This document shows, in pieces, positions 32,251 through 40,891 of a stretch of 64,000 bases of DNA. The stretch is from Nitrospirota bacterium. GTDB taxonomy: Bacteria > Nitrospirota > UBA9217. The stretch spans positions 2,496,001 to 2,560,000 of the forward strand of contig OY760142.1 of the NCBI GenBank assembly GCA_963663225.1, given 5' to 3'. The notes under the pieces were generated by a model. It saw only the letters and a list, made by a program, of their open reading frames with translations. It made no database searches and was not told where the DNA came from. Position 1 is the stretch's first letter. Every line of letters begins with the position of its first letter. The position numbers and the translations under genes are program-made.

Positions 32251-32874
32251 TTATACTTCATCCATCGGTCGGAGTATTGCTGCTTTTTCCCGTTCTTCGC
32301 GCTTTCTATCCCGCATGGACGGCATTTCCGGCCGCAACACATCCTGTGAACCGGCGACCCAGCTTAAAGGACGCCGCTCCCTGCCGACCTTTTGGTTCAG
32401 CAGCAGCAGGCCTTCCATGAACGCGTCAGGACGGGGAGGGCAACCCGGCACATATACGTCCACCGGCAGGAACTTGTCCACACCCTGAACGACGCTGTAG
32501 ATATCGTACATTCCTCCGGAATTGGCGCACGAGCCCATGGAGATGACCCAGCGTGGTTCCATCATCTGCTCATACAGCCGCTTGATGACCGGCGCCATCT
32601 TGATAAATACCGTTCCGGCAACGATCATCATATCGGCCTCACGCGGCGTGGCACGGATCACTTCCGCGCCGAACCGCGCGACATCATATTTGCTGGTGAG
32701 GCTCGTCGCCATCTCAACATAACAACAAGAGAGTCCGAAGTTGAACGGCCAGATGGAGTTCTTTCTTCCCCACGCCACCATGTCGCGAAGTCGCGTGAAA
32801 AGCAGATTTTTACGGACGGCATCTTCCAGCATGCCGTCTGCGGTTGCTGTCGGTCCTGCAGGTTGCAACTGCAT
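32251..32874 (-). CDS. nuoB: NADH-quinone oxidoreductase subunit B
   Basis: [27 protein letters not shown]. Confidence 0.97.
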   Translation of the reverse strand: MQLQPAGPTATADGMLEDAVRKNLLFTRLRDMVAWGRKNSIWPFNFGLSCCYVEMATSLTSKYDVARFGAEVIRATPREADMMIVAGTVFIKMAPVIKRLYEQMMEPRWVISMGSCANSGGMYDIYSVVQGVDKFLPVDVYVPGCPPRPDAFMEGLLLLNQKVGRERRPLSWVAGSQDVLRPEMPSMRDRKREEREKAAILRPMDEV

Positions 32875-32907
32875 ATCTGTACAGTCCTTTCATGACCGGG
32901 AACAACC

Positions 32908-33294
32908 TTAGTTCACGGGTTTTCCCCATTCCAGTGCTTTGAGACGCCAAAGATAGACGAGGGCAGCGGCAAGAACGCTGATGAAGATGAGCATCTCTAT
33001 ATAGCCGGGCCATCCTGCTTCCCGGATTGATACTGCCCAGGCAAAGATGAAGACTGCTTCCAGATCGAAAACGACGAAGAACATTGCAAGCAGGTAAAAT
33101 TTGATATCGAAGCGAATGCGTGCGGTTCCGGTGGAACGAATGCCGGATTCGTATGGCTCCGCCGTTTGCTTTTCGCGATGCCGTTCCCCCAGAATGAACG
33201 AGAGCGCAATCATGCCGGTGACCAGAATGATGACCGCTGCGAAATAGACGGCCAGAGGCCATAAGGATGTGTCTGCTTCGGGGCCGTGCAACAT
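32908..33294 (-). CDS. nuoA: NADH-quinone oxidoreductase subunit A
   Basis: PYESG, KFYLLAMFFVVFDLE, ALEW. Confidence 0.96.
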   Translation of the reverse strand: MLHGPEADTSLWPLAVYFAAVIILVTGMIALSFILGERHREKQTAEPYESGIRSTGTARIRFDIKFYLLAMFFVVFDLEAVFIFAWAVSIREAGWPGYIEMLIFISVLAAALVYLWRLKALEWGKPVN

Positions 33295-33300
33295 GGTAAG

Positions 33301-33328
33301 AGAATATCACAGTAGGAAAGAAAGTCAA
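33301..33328 (-). promoter_or_regulatory. Putative sigma70 promoter of the nuo operon
   Basis: TTGACT-16 nt-TATTCT with a TGn extension, 6 nt before the nuoA ATG. Confidence 0.55.
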
Positions 33329-33372
33329 GCGTGCAGCAGAGGAAACAGTCCTGAACACAATTGAGAAAAAAC

Positions 33373-33401
33373 AAAAAAGCGGGGCAGAGATGCCCCGCTT
33401 T
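33373..33401 (-). terminator. Terminator after the nitrite reductase gene
   Basis: Perfect 11-bp stem aaagcggggca-gaga-tgccccgcttt with a T-run on the minus strand. Confidence 0.75.
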
Positions 33402-33433
33402 GAAAAACTGCTTCGAGATGGTTTTTTTATGGA

Positions 33434-35095
33434 TTATTTTGGCGCCATTGCATCGGCGAGAATTTTGATGCCCTTTTGTGCTTCGTCCACGGATCTGGTG
33501 AGCGACTCCCTGGCCATTTCGGGGTTATGGAAACCGTCGGAATTTTCCGCTGTCCAGTATTCCCAGAGGACGTGTGCCTTCAGATGCTGGTCCTGTGCCT
33601 GCTTGATGGCCTCGGGATTGAGTCCCATTCTTTTAGCTTCCACAATTTTGTCGATGAGGGCAGCAATCCAGAATTCTGCTTTGCGCAATTTGCCTTTTGT
33701 AAAAGCTTTGATCGAGTCGATTGAGTATGCTGCTTGTTCCGGTGTCCAGTTTGCGTGGCACCTGGCCGAGAGGCACGTATCTTTCAACTGTACCCTCGGA
33801 GTGACTGCAAAATGTGAGGTAGAAACCTTGCCTGTCTTCCGGTCCTTTATTTTCGGGGTGTGGCAGTTGTCGCAACTTGCTCCATACCGCGCATGCTTTG
33901 AGTTGTAATACGTTTCCGATTCCGGGTGCTGGGCCTTCCAGAGAAGCCCTCCCGTGAGTGCGTGCTTGAAATCCAGAAAATTGATCTGATTCACATAGTG
34001 ATCATAGAGACCGAAAACGTCCTTGTACGGAATATGGTTTGCCCTGCCGTCTGTCATTTTGACCGTGAATGCCGAGAGATCGGGATTTTTCGTATCATAG
34101 CCCGGATTACAGTTGTATTCAACATGGCACTGACCGCACAGAAGCCGTGAATCGTACGAGTCAAGCAAGGCTATTTTTCTGGTGAAACCTCTCATGCCCA
34201 TATCTATCACGGTAAATCCTGTTCTCTTCGGGTCTTTGTGCCAAAGCGTGTCCGCCTCGGGTCTGGTCAGGGCCTGAATCAGCGCGTCCCGCACAATTCT
34301 CGGCTTTGCCGCGTGCGGATCATGGCAGGTGAAGCAATTCAGTCCGTGCTGTACATCCTTGACCAGTTCGATGACGTTGGATGTCCTCGACCATGTTGCT
34401 CCGGCGCCTGGTTCACCGAGATACGACCATTTCAAAATATGATCCTGGGTCTTGCACTGGAGGCATACGGGATTTGCAGCGACAGCGGTCTGGGGAAGAA
34501 ATGTTTTCTGTTCTTTAATTTCCGGATGCGTGTCTTTGAGAATGTCCCATGCTTTGCCTGTTTCCAGGATATAGTTCCAGCCGTTCTTTCCCTGGAAGCG
34601 GCCGCCGAAGGCTCGATCGACGGCAAAATTATCTATAAGCATATTGACATGGCTTCTGGTTAGGGCATGTTCTTTGGTAAACCCGTGTCCTGCCATCAGT
34701 TTATCCCAGAACGGGTTGGGGGCTCTGTTGGTAAGCTGTGATTTTTCATCACGTGCCGGGCGGTGATACGCTTGCTTCAGGAATGTAGCATACTGGCTGG
34801 TGTGGCACTGACCGCATGCCTTCCAGGACGTATCGGTTACGGGTCTTGTTTCCGGACCGGGGTTTTCCACATGTTTGGCCAGACCTGTGTGGCAGTTTAC
34901 GCAGTTAATCTTTGCATGCGCTCCCATGCTGCGCAACTGTTTTATAGTATCATGGCAGTTATAGCACGTTTCAACTGCGGCAGGTTTTTCCTGTCCCGGT
35001 TTCGCTGCTGAAACAGCCGCCAAGAAAAAAACGGTGCTTAAAACGAGGCCGATGGACATAACCACCACGACGGTTTTTCTTATCATTAGCGTCAT
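33434..35095 (-). CDS. Octaheme cytochrome c nitrite reductase (NrfA/c552 family, ONR type)
   Basis: Signal peptide; CYNCH, CVNCH, CGQCH, catalytic CLQCK, CFTCH, CGQCH-VEYNC, CDNCH, CLSARCH; KAQHPE; AENSDGFHNP. Confidence 0.9.
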   Translation of the reverse strand: MTLMIRKTVVVVMSIGLVLSTVFFLAAVSAAKPGQEKPAAVETCYNCHDTIKQLRSMGAHAKINCVNCHTGLAKHVENPGPETRPVTDTSWKACGQCHTSQYATFLKQAYHRPARDEKSQLTNRAPNPFWDKLMAGHGFTKEHALTRSHVNMLIDNFAVDRAFGGRFQGKNGWNYILETGKAWDILKDTHPEIKEQKTFLPQTAVAANPVCLQCKTQDHILKWSYLGEPGAGATWSRTSNVIELVKDVQHGLNCFTCHDPHAAKPRIVRDALIQALTRPEADTLWHKDPKRTGFTVIDMGMRGFTRKIALLDSYDSRLLCGQCHVEYNCNPGYDTKNPDLSAFTVKMTDGRANHIPYKDVFGLYDHYVNQINFLDFKHALTGGLLWKAQHPESETYYNSKHARYGASCDNCHTPKIKDRKTGKVSTSHFAVTPRVQLKDTCLSARCHANWTPEQAAYSIDSIKAFTKGKLRKAEFWIAALIDKIVEAKRMGLNPEAIKQAQDQHLKAHVLWEYWTAENSDGFHNPEMARESLTRSVDEAQKGIKILADAMAPK

Positions 35096-35368
35096 TCCTC
35101 CTTATTATCCAGAGTCGCAGCAGCCGTGAGTGCTGCTGAATTTATCTTGATTTCAAGAGGTGTTTTTGTTCCGAATGCGTGTGTTTATGGCCGTATGCTT
35201 TTTTTTACGTTTATTTGCTACTATAGCATAAATTCATGTTTTTTTTGCGATCGCAAAACGAAAAGACCGCAGATTTTATAATAGAGAGTATTAGTGCCGC
35301 AGAGGAGAAAGGGTTGTGCAGATGCTTTTCGGATATGATGTAATCTTATTTAAAAAGACAATTTTGCC

Positions 35369-35397
35369 TTGACTTTTAAGAGGTTGTACACTATATT
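35369..35397 (+). promoter_or_regulatory. Putative sigma70 promoter of ihfA
   Basis: TTGACT-17 nt-TATATT. Confidence 0.55.
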
Positions 35398-35419
35398 ATG
35401 CTGCGTAGAGGAGGGGACT

Positions 35420-35710
35420 ATGACCAAGGCAGATATCATCTCGGAAGTATTTGATAAAGTCGGGTTGCCAAAACAGGATGCTGAAGAACTGGTTGAGATG
35501 ATTCTGGATTTGGTCAAGCAGGTCTTAAAAGAAGGGGAGACCGTGAAGCTTTCCGGATTTGGAAACTTCGTGGTCCGGAGCAAAAAATCTCGAAAAGGCC
35601 GCAATCCGAAGACGGGCCAGGAGATCGAGATTACGCCGAGGAAGGTTGTCAGTTTCAGACCGAGCATGATATTCAAAGAGCATGTCATCGAAGCCCCAAC
35701 AGCCGAGTAG
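35420..35710 (+). CDS. ihfA: Integration host factor alpha subunit
   Basis: MTKAD, VKLSGFGNF, GRNPKTG, VVSFRPS; followed by merR and tRNA-Pro. Confidence 0.88.
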   Translation: MTKADIISEVFDKVGLPKQDAEELVEMILDLVKQVLKEGETVKLSGFGNFVVRSKKSRKGRNPKTGQEIEITPRKVVSFRPSMIFKEHVIEAPTAE

Positions 35711-36008
35711 CAAGCTTTTTTATCGAATCGGTGAAGTGAGCCGCATTACCGGTCTCGAACCTCATGTGCTCCGCTACTGGGAGTCTGAATTCCCTCAAAT
35801 CAAGCCGGACAAGCAAAAATCAGGTCAGCGTCTTTACGATCAAAAAGATCTGGATACGATTCTGCGTGTCAAACAGCTGCTTTATAAAGAAGGCTACACC
35901 ATCTCCGGTGCCAGAAAGAAGTTACACAGCAAGGGAGAGCAGGATCTTGGTGCTGTTATCGAAACGGCAAAGAAAGAATTGCGGGAAATACTGGAACTTT
36001 TGAAATAA
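35682..36008 (+). CDS. MerR family transcriptional regulator
   Basis: YRIGEVS...HVLRYWESEF, GQRLY, GYTISGA. Confidence 0.92.
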   Translation: MSSKPQQPSSKLFYRIGEVSRITGLEPHVLRYWESEFPQIKPDKQKSGQRLYDQKDLDTILRVKQLLYKEGYTISGARKKLHSKGEQDLGAVIETAKKELREILELLK

Positions 36009-36080
36009 ATAGAGAACAGGCATCAACAGATTCTTTTGCCGTGAATTGATTCTTCATACTAGTGCAATTATTAAAAGATT

Positions 36081-36157
36081 CGGGGCGTGGCGCAGCCTGG
36101 TAGCGCACTCGTTTGGGGTGCGAGTGGTCGGCCGTTCAAATCGGCTCGCCCCGACCA
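36081..36157 (+). tRNA. tRNA-Pro(GGG)
   Basis: Acceptor CGGGGCG/CGCCCCG-ACCA, D arm GCGC-AGCCTGGTA-GCGC, anticodon loop TTGGGGT, T loop TTCAAAT. Confidence 0.97.
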
Positions 36158-36164
36158 TTTTGTT

Positions 36165-36198
36165 AAGTCCGTGAATAACGTATTCACGGACTTTTTTT
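36165..36198 (+). terminator. Terminator after tRNA-Pro
   Basis: 13-bp stem aagtccgtgaata-acg-tattcacggactt with a T-run. Confidence 0.8.
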
Positions 36199-36230
36199 AT
36201 TTGGTTCTTCGTCATATCCGATCTAATCAC

Positions 36231-36261
36231 TTGACTGCTGATTATAAGTTTTATAAACTTA
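36231..36261 (+). promoter_or_regulatory. Putative hemerythrin promoter with overlapping AT-rich operator
   Basis: TTGACT-17 nt-TAAACT; TTATAAGTTTTATAA at 36242-36256. Confidence 0.45.
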
Positions 36262-36366
36262 CCGCATATCATTTCGCGTCAACCCCGTACAGATGTTCCG
36301 GCATATTACCGCTCTGTGAGCAACATGCACAAAAATACGGGGGCTCCTGACGAAAGGAGAGTTGAT

Positions 36367-36774
36367 ATGGATTTCATTCGGTGGAAGGACGACTATTCCG
36401 TTCAGGTGAAGGAAATTGATGAGCAACACAAAAAACTCATCAGCCTCATCAACCGCCTGGCTGATGCCATGAAAGTCGGAAAGGGCCGTGACGTTCTGGA
36501 AACCGTGCTGGCGGAAATGGTTGACTATACGGTGTATCATTTTGAAATGGAAGAAAAGCTTTTTCAACAGCACGGCTATCCGGACTACGAAAAGCACAAA
36601 CAGATACATACCGCGTTTGCCGGCAAGGCGCAGGAACTCAAGTCAGCCTTTGACGCTGGAAATACAAAAATCAGCGTTGACGTGATGCTGATTCTCAGCA
36701 ACTGGCTGAACAATCATATTCTGGAAGAAGACAAACGATACGGGCCGTATCTGAACAGTAAGGGGGTACGGTAA
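36367..36774 (+). CDS. Bacteriohemerythrin
   Basis: IDEQHKKL, HFEMEE, HKQIH, WLNNHILEED. Confidence 0.95.
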   Translation: MDFIRWKDDYSVQVKEIDEQHKKLISLINRLADAMKVGKGRDVLETVLAEMVDYTVYHFEMEEKLFQQHGYPDYEKHKQIHTAFAGKAQELKSAFDAGNTKISVDVMLILSNWLNNHILEEDKRYGPYLNSKGVR

Positions 36775-36844
36775 GAAGGATGTTTCGGAGAAAAAAGAAG
36801 ACTGAATCAACTGGCAGATCATCCCTCGTCCATTCCTGAATCGA

Positions 36845-39085
36845 TCATATCGCAGTTCCCATTTCTTTCAGCTCTTTAATCCGTTCCTTTGCATAGAGGT
36901 AGCCCGCTTCAACGATCTTATCGATTGCCTCGAATTCCAATAATCCGAACCCTCCGACCGGAGGACAAAAGTTGAAATCCGCGGCCTTTTTGGCGTAAAT
37001 TTCCTTGTTGGCGCTGCCGACCATTATGGTGCGCATCATGATATCGAGAATTCCGGGCAGGATGATCTTCTTTTTAAACGGACTCAGGCGGCTCCAGAGA
37101 ATTTCCGCCTCCGAGGGGATCTCTTTGTAGCAGTCGGGGACTTTCAGATCTTCATCCGGGCTGACATCCACCATGATAACGCGGCCGCCGCAAAGTTCCT
37201 TCATGATGTCGGCGGGGACATTGTTGAAGAGGGCACCGTCGACCAGAAGATTGTTTTTGTCCAGCACCGGTTTTGTAATGCCCGGTAACGCGCCGCTTGC
37301 GCGTACGGATTTTCCGAGAGGGCCGTACCGGTGCACGACCATTTCTGCGGTCGTCAGGTTGCTGGATACGCAGAAATAATTCAGCCACATGTCTTCAATC
37401 TGCGTGTCTCCGCACATGGTGCGTATTACGGAATCCAGTCGTTTGCTTTTTATCAAGGCAATCAAGGGAATCGTAAACTCGCGGAATGGTTTGAGCGCGA
37501 TCGCTTTTTTTTGCTGGTCGATCATGGATCGCCAGTCCAGTCCCATTGCGTATTGAGCGGCGATCATGGAGCCCATACTGGTCCCTCCGATCATGTCGAT
37601 CGGAATGTTAGCTTCGGCGAGAGCGCGGATTACGCCTATATGAGCAAAACCACGCGCACCCCCCCCACCCAGGACGAGCCCGATTGCGTTCCCCGTAAAC
37701 AGGCGCGCCAACCGGTCCATGTCGGCATCGGTATTCCACCGGATATGGTAGTGGGTGTCAACGCATCTTTTGTCCAGCCATGCGCACGTTTTTGAAGGGA
37801 TTCTGCGGCCGTCCGGATGGAGCAGGATCAACGTTCGATGGACACTGCCTCCTGCCGTGTCATGCAAAAGCCATTCTGCTTCTATTTCTCCCGGATTTGG
37901 AGAGTCTGTCGCCTGCCCCAGCGTTATGACGCGGTCCGCATGCTGAAGGCAACGTTTTGTCCAGGGTGTCGGTGTCATATCTGCTTCGTAGATGATGTTC
38001 ATATACTTCGCTTCCTGTTCGTCCAACCAGGCGGCAAGCCTGATGTTGTTGGGAGCCGTCTCCGTTGTCTGCGCCATGCCCTCGATGCCCCAGAGGCGGT
38101 CCAGCCGGTCGCTGCTGATATGGAGCGTTGAACCGAAGTTCGACAGTGCGTCCGAAAATCGGCTTGTAAACGAGGAGAGGGGCACAGTAGGTCCGGCCGG
38201 AATCACGGCGATGTTCAGAGGCTTGTTTCTCTGCTGGGTTACCGCGCTGATTTCCTGCATGCGTTTTATGATGAACTGAATAAAATGCATCATCATCCCC
38301 GGATGTGATGCAATAATCCGTTCAAAGGCATCCCGGGAAAATCTGACCAGATCGCTGTCCCGCACGGCAAAAATACTCGCGGTGCGCTTTTCTCCGGTAA
38401 ACATGGCCATTTCCCCCACGATGGTGCCCCGTCTGATTTCGGCCACTGTCCGTTCAATGCCTGTTTTATCTTTGATGCACACGGACAATCGTCCGCTGAT
38501 AAGAATAAAAAAATCATTGCCATGATCACCCTGATAAAAAAGAGCTTTGCCGCGAGGAAGATGGACCCATTCAATTGCCGATTCTATGGTATTCAGCATT
38601 GTTAAATCGAGCGGTCCGCAAAAAACAGGAAGTATCGCAACCAGTTGATAGCGCCTCAGCCGTCCGCGTATGATTTCCGCGAATTTCTGCAAAACCTCAG
38701 GTCCCTGGTCTGCCAAACGGTCAAAAACAGCTTTGGAGAATTTCATCAGGAGGGAGTTCTGGATGGCGTCCACGGTAGCGGTCCGTACCCCGCCGCTCAA
38801 AAACTGGATTTCGCCGGCGGGCATTCCCGGCTCGATGGTTGCCACCATGACTTCTGATCCTTTTTTATCGACCAGGGTGACGCGCAGTCGACCGGTATAG
38901 ACAAGACAGAAGAACCCCCCCGGATCTCCCATGCGAAACAGATTCTCTCCTTCTTGGAGGTTTATCCATTCGATATCAGGCAGTAAATCTTTTAAAAGGG
39001 AGACACTGAATTGTCCGAAAATATCATGTGATTGCAGAAATGAAAGAACATCATTATCCGATGGGCGGGAAAAACTCTCTTGCAT
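36845..39085 (-). CDS. Patatin-like phospholipase with two cyclic-nucleotide-binding domains (NTE family)
   Basis: Two GE...RTA cNMP motifs; GGGGARG, GTSMG, DGA. Confidence 0.9.
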   Translation of the reverse strand: MQESFSRPSDNDVLSFLQSHDIFGQFSVSLLKDLLPDIEWINLQEGENLFRMGDPGGFFCLVYTGRLRVTLVDKKGSEVMVATIEPGMPAGEIQFLSGGVRTATVDAIQNSLLMKFSKAVFDRLADQGPEVLQKFAEIIRGRLRRYQLVAILPVFCGPLDLTMLNTIESAIEWVHLPRGKALFYQGDHGNDFFILISGRLSVCIKDKTGIERTVAEIRRGTIVGEMAMFTGEKRTASIFAVRDSDLVRFSRDAFERIIASHPGMMMHFIQFIIKRMQEISAVTQQRNKPLNIAVIPAGPTVPLSSFTSRFSDALSNFGSTLHISSDRLDRLWGIEGMAQTTETAPNNIRLAAWLDEQEAKYMNIIYEADMTPTPWTKRCLQHADRVITLGQATDSPNPGEIEAEWLLHDTAGGSVHRTLILLHPDGRRIPSKTCAWLDKRCVDTHYHIRWNTDADMDRLARLFTGNAIGLVLGGGGARGFAHIGVIRALAEANIPIDMIGGTSMGSMIAAQYAMGLDWRSMIDQQKKAIALKPFREFTIPLIALIKSKRLDSVIRTMCGDTQIEDMWLNYFCVSSNLTTAEMVVHRYGPLGKSVRASGALPGITKPVLDKNNLLVDGALFNNVPADIMKELCGGRVIMVDVSPDEDLKVPDCYKEIPSEAEILWSRLSPFKKKIILPGILDIMMRTIMVGSANKEIYAKKAADFNFCPPVGGFGLLEFEAIDKIVEAGYLYAKERIKELKEMGTAI

Positions 39086-39334
39086 GGTACTCGCCTCCTG
39101 AAAGGTTTCTGCGGAAAGTCGCAAGAGCGTACATTAGTGCAGAATTATTCCAATTATAACATACAAGGCTCGGATCACAAACATCTTTTCAGGAAGGTTC
39201 CATACCGTTTGACTATTACCTGCTCTTTTGATAAGCTTCTCAGCATATCGATGTATTTCTGCAGGTGAGAACGCTTTAAGACATAAGAACAGACTCACAT
39301 ATCAGTGTGCACCGGACAAGCAAAAGGAGAGGTC

Positions 39335-39922
39335 ATGCCGAAAAAGATTATTTTTATTCAGGGGAGTCCTCGCAAAAACGGCAATACACGAAGTATGGCA
39401 TCAATTGCCATGGATGCGGCACGGGAACGAGGAGCAGAGGTCACCGAAATTGATGCCTTGACACTGGAGCTTAAAACGCCGGGTTGTACCGGCTGCCAGA
39501 AATGCCAGCAATCGGACAAATTTGAATGCATCATCAAGGATGGAGTGACCAAGGCCGTTGCATCGCTTCCTGAACACGATGTGATCGTATTCGCGACCCC
39601 CCTGTATTGGTGGAGTTATACAGCGCAGATCAAAATACTGGTTGACAGATTATATTCATTGATCAAATTTTCTTCTTCAGGAGAAATGCGGACACCGCTT
39701 ACCGGAAAGATGCTGGCACTTCTTGCCACCGGAGGAGGGCCGGTCGAAAATAATCTTGACGTTTTGGAAAGCCAGTTGAAGAATCCGGCGGATATGCTGG
39801 GTTGCACGTTTGCCTCCTGTATTTTCCCAAATGTACCTCCTGAAGCCGGAACGCTCAAACAGGACGAGTCAGCGGTGAAAAAAGCAAAAGAATTCGGACG
39901 GTCGCTTGCTGCTGCAAAGTAG
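39335..39922 (+). CDS. Iron-sulfur flavoprotein / flavodoxin-fold FMN reductase
   Basis: GSPRKNGNT, CTGCQKC-x7-C, TPLYWW. Confidence 0.88.
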   Translation: MPKKIIFIQGSPRKNGNTRSMASIAMDAARERGAEVTEIDALTLELKTPGCTGCQKCQQSDKFECIIKDGVTKAVASLPEHDVIVFATPLYWWSYTAQIKILVDRLYSLIKFSSSGEMRTPLTGKMLALLATGGGPVENNLDVLESQLKNPADMLGCTFASCIFPNVPPEAGTLKQDESAVKKAKEFGRSLAAAK

Positions 39923-39995
39923 CAGCTGGAGCTTTTTGAACTGTTTTGACTCGTGCATCCGGTTTGCATGAGAGAAACAGTTGCTGCGGTGAAAT

Positions 39996-40316
39996 ATGGA
40001 CAAAGAACAGAATAAAACCGGAAAACAGATTGAAACGGGGAGCAGTGCGTTCGATACCAGAATCAAATGGTCGAAGTTCTGTCTAATGTGGATATCGACC
40101 TCTTCAATATTCATGTTTTATCTCTTTTCCAATATCGTTACCGCCTGTATTGTAGGAGCCTTTACCTGCTGGCTTATTTCGTTTACTTTTATGGGCCCCT
40201 GGCTGGTGCATGGACTCCATTTATTAACGATAGATATCGCAACTGACGATCTGTACAAACTTGGAGCAGCAGCCGGTTTTTTTGCCGGGTTTCTGAAATT
40301 TAAGATTGAAAAATAG
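39996..40316 (+). CDS. Hypothetical small membrane protein
   Basis: 106-aa ORF with hydrophobic segments filling the gap between genes; no motif recognised. Confidence 0.45.
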   Translation: MDKEQNKTGKQIETGSSAFDTRIKWSKFCLMWISTSSIFMFYLFSNIVTACIVGAFTCWLISFTFMGPWLVHGLHLLTIDIATDDLYKLGAAAGFFAGFLKFKIEK

Positions 40317-40341
40317 CATCTCCAATTGGTCTCGCCGACGA

Positions 40342-40818
40342 ATGAAAAGAACTATTATAATCATTCTTCTTTGTGCTTTTGCCGTGTACGCAGCTTCCTG
40401 TCATCGGGAAATCCCTCAGGACAAAATCAGAAAAACAGTAACGACCATTCAGCAGGCAGTGGAACAGAAAGATGTTAAAACAATCATAGGTTTTATCGCA
40501 AAAAATTATAGCGATCCTCGCGGAAATTCCTACGAAACCATAAAAGGTCTGTTGCTTGCATATTTTTACCGCTATCCGAAGATATCCGTATACATACCCA
40601 CTCTCGATGTGATTGCAGATGAAGCTTCTGCAAAAGCAGTTTTTCAGGCCGTATTGACGGGCAGGGGAGGAAGTGATTCCGCGGCAGCCATTCTGCCGGA
40701 ATCGCTCGGCGTATATGCTTTTGAGGTTGCGTTCAGAAAAGAATCAGGAGAATGGATTATATATTCAGCAACGTGGGAGAGGCTGGGAGATGCTCCGGAG
40801 TCTCCCGGCAGGCAGTAA
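40342..40818 (+). CDS. Hypothetical lipoprotein, possibly NTF2-like fold
   Basis: Signal peptide with AASC lipobox; FRKESGEWII C-terminal strand pattern. Confidence 0.65.
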   Translation: MKRTIIIILLCAFAVYAASCHREIPQDKIRKTVTTIQQAVEQKDVKTIIGFIAKNYSDPRGNSYETIKGLLLAYFYRYPKISVYIPTLDVIADEASAKAVFQAVLTGRGGSDSAAAILPESLGVYAFEVAFRKESGEWIIYSATWERLGDAPESPGRQ

Positions 40819-40891
40819 AATGGTTGAAGGTATCATTGCTGCAATTGCATATTCCCGCCAGGTCCTCTGTAAAGCAAAAGGAGAAATTCTT

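Noticed and set aside
36845-39085. CBASS or other defence effector role for the patatin
   Set aside because: No CD-NTase or other defence gene nearby, and the architecture is NTE-type rather than CapV-type.
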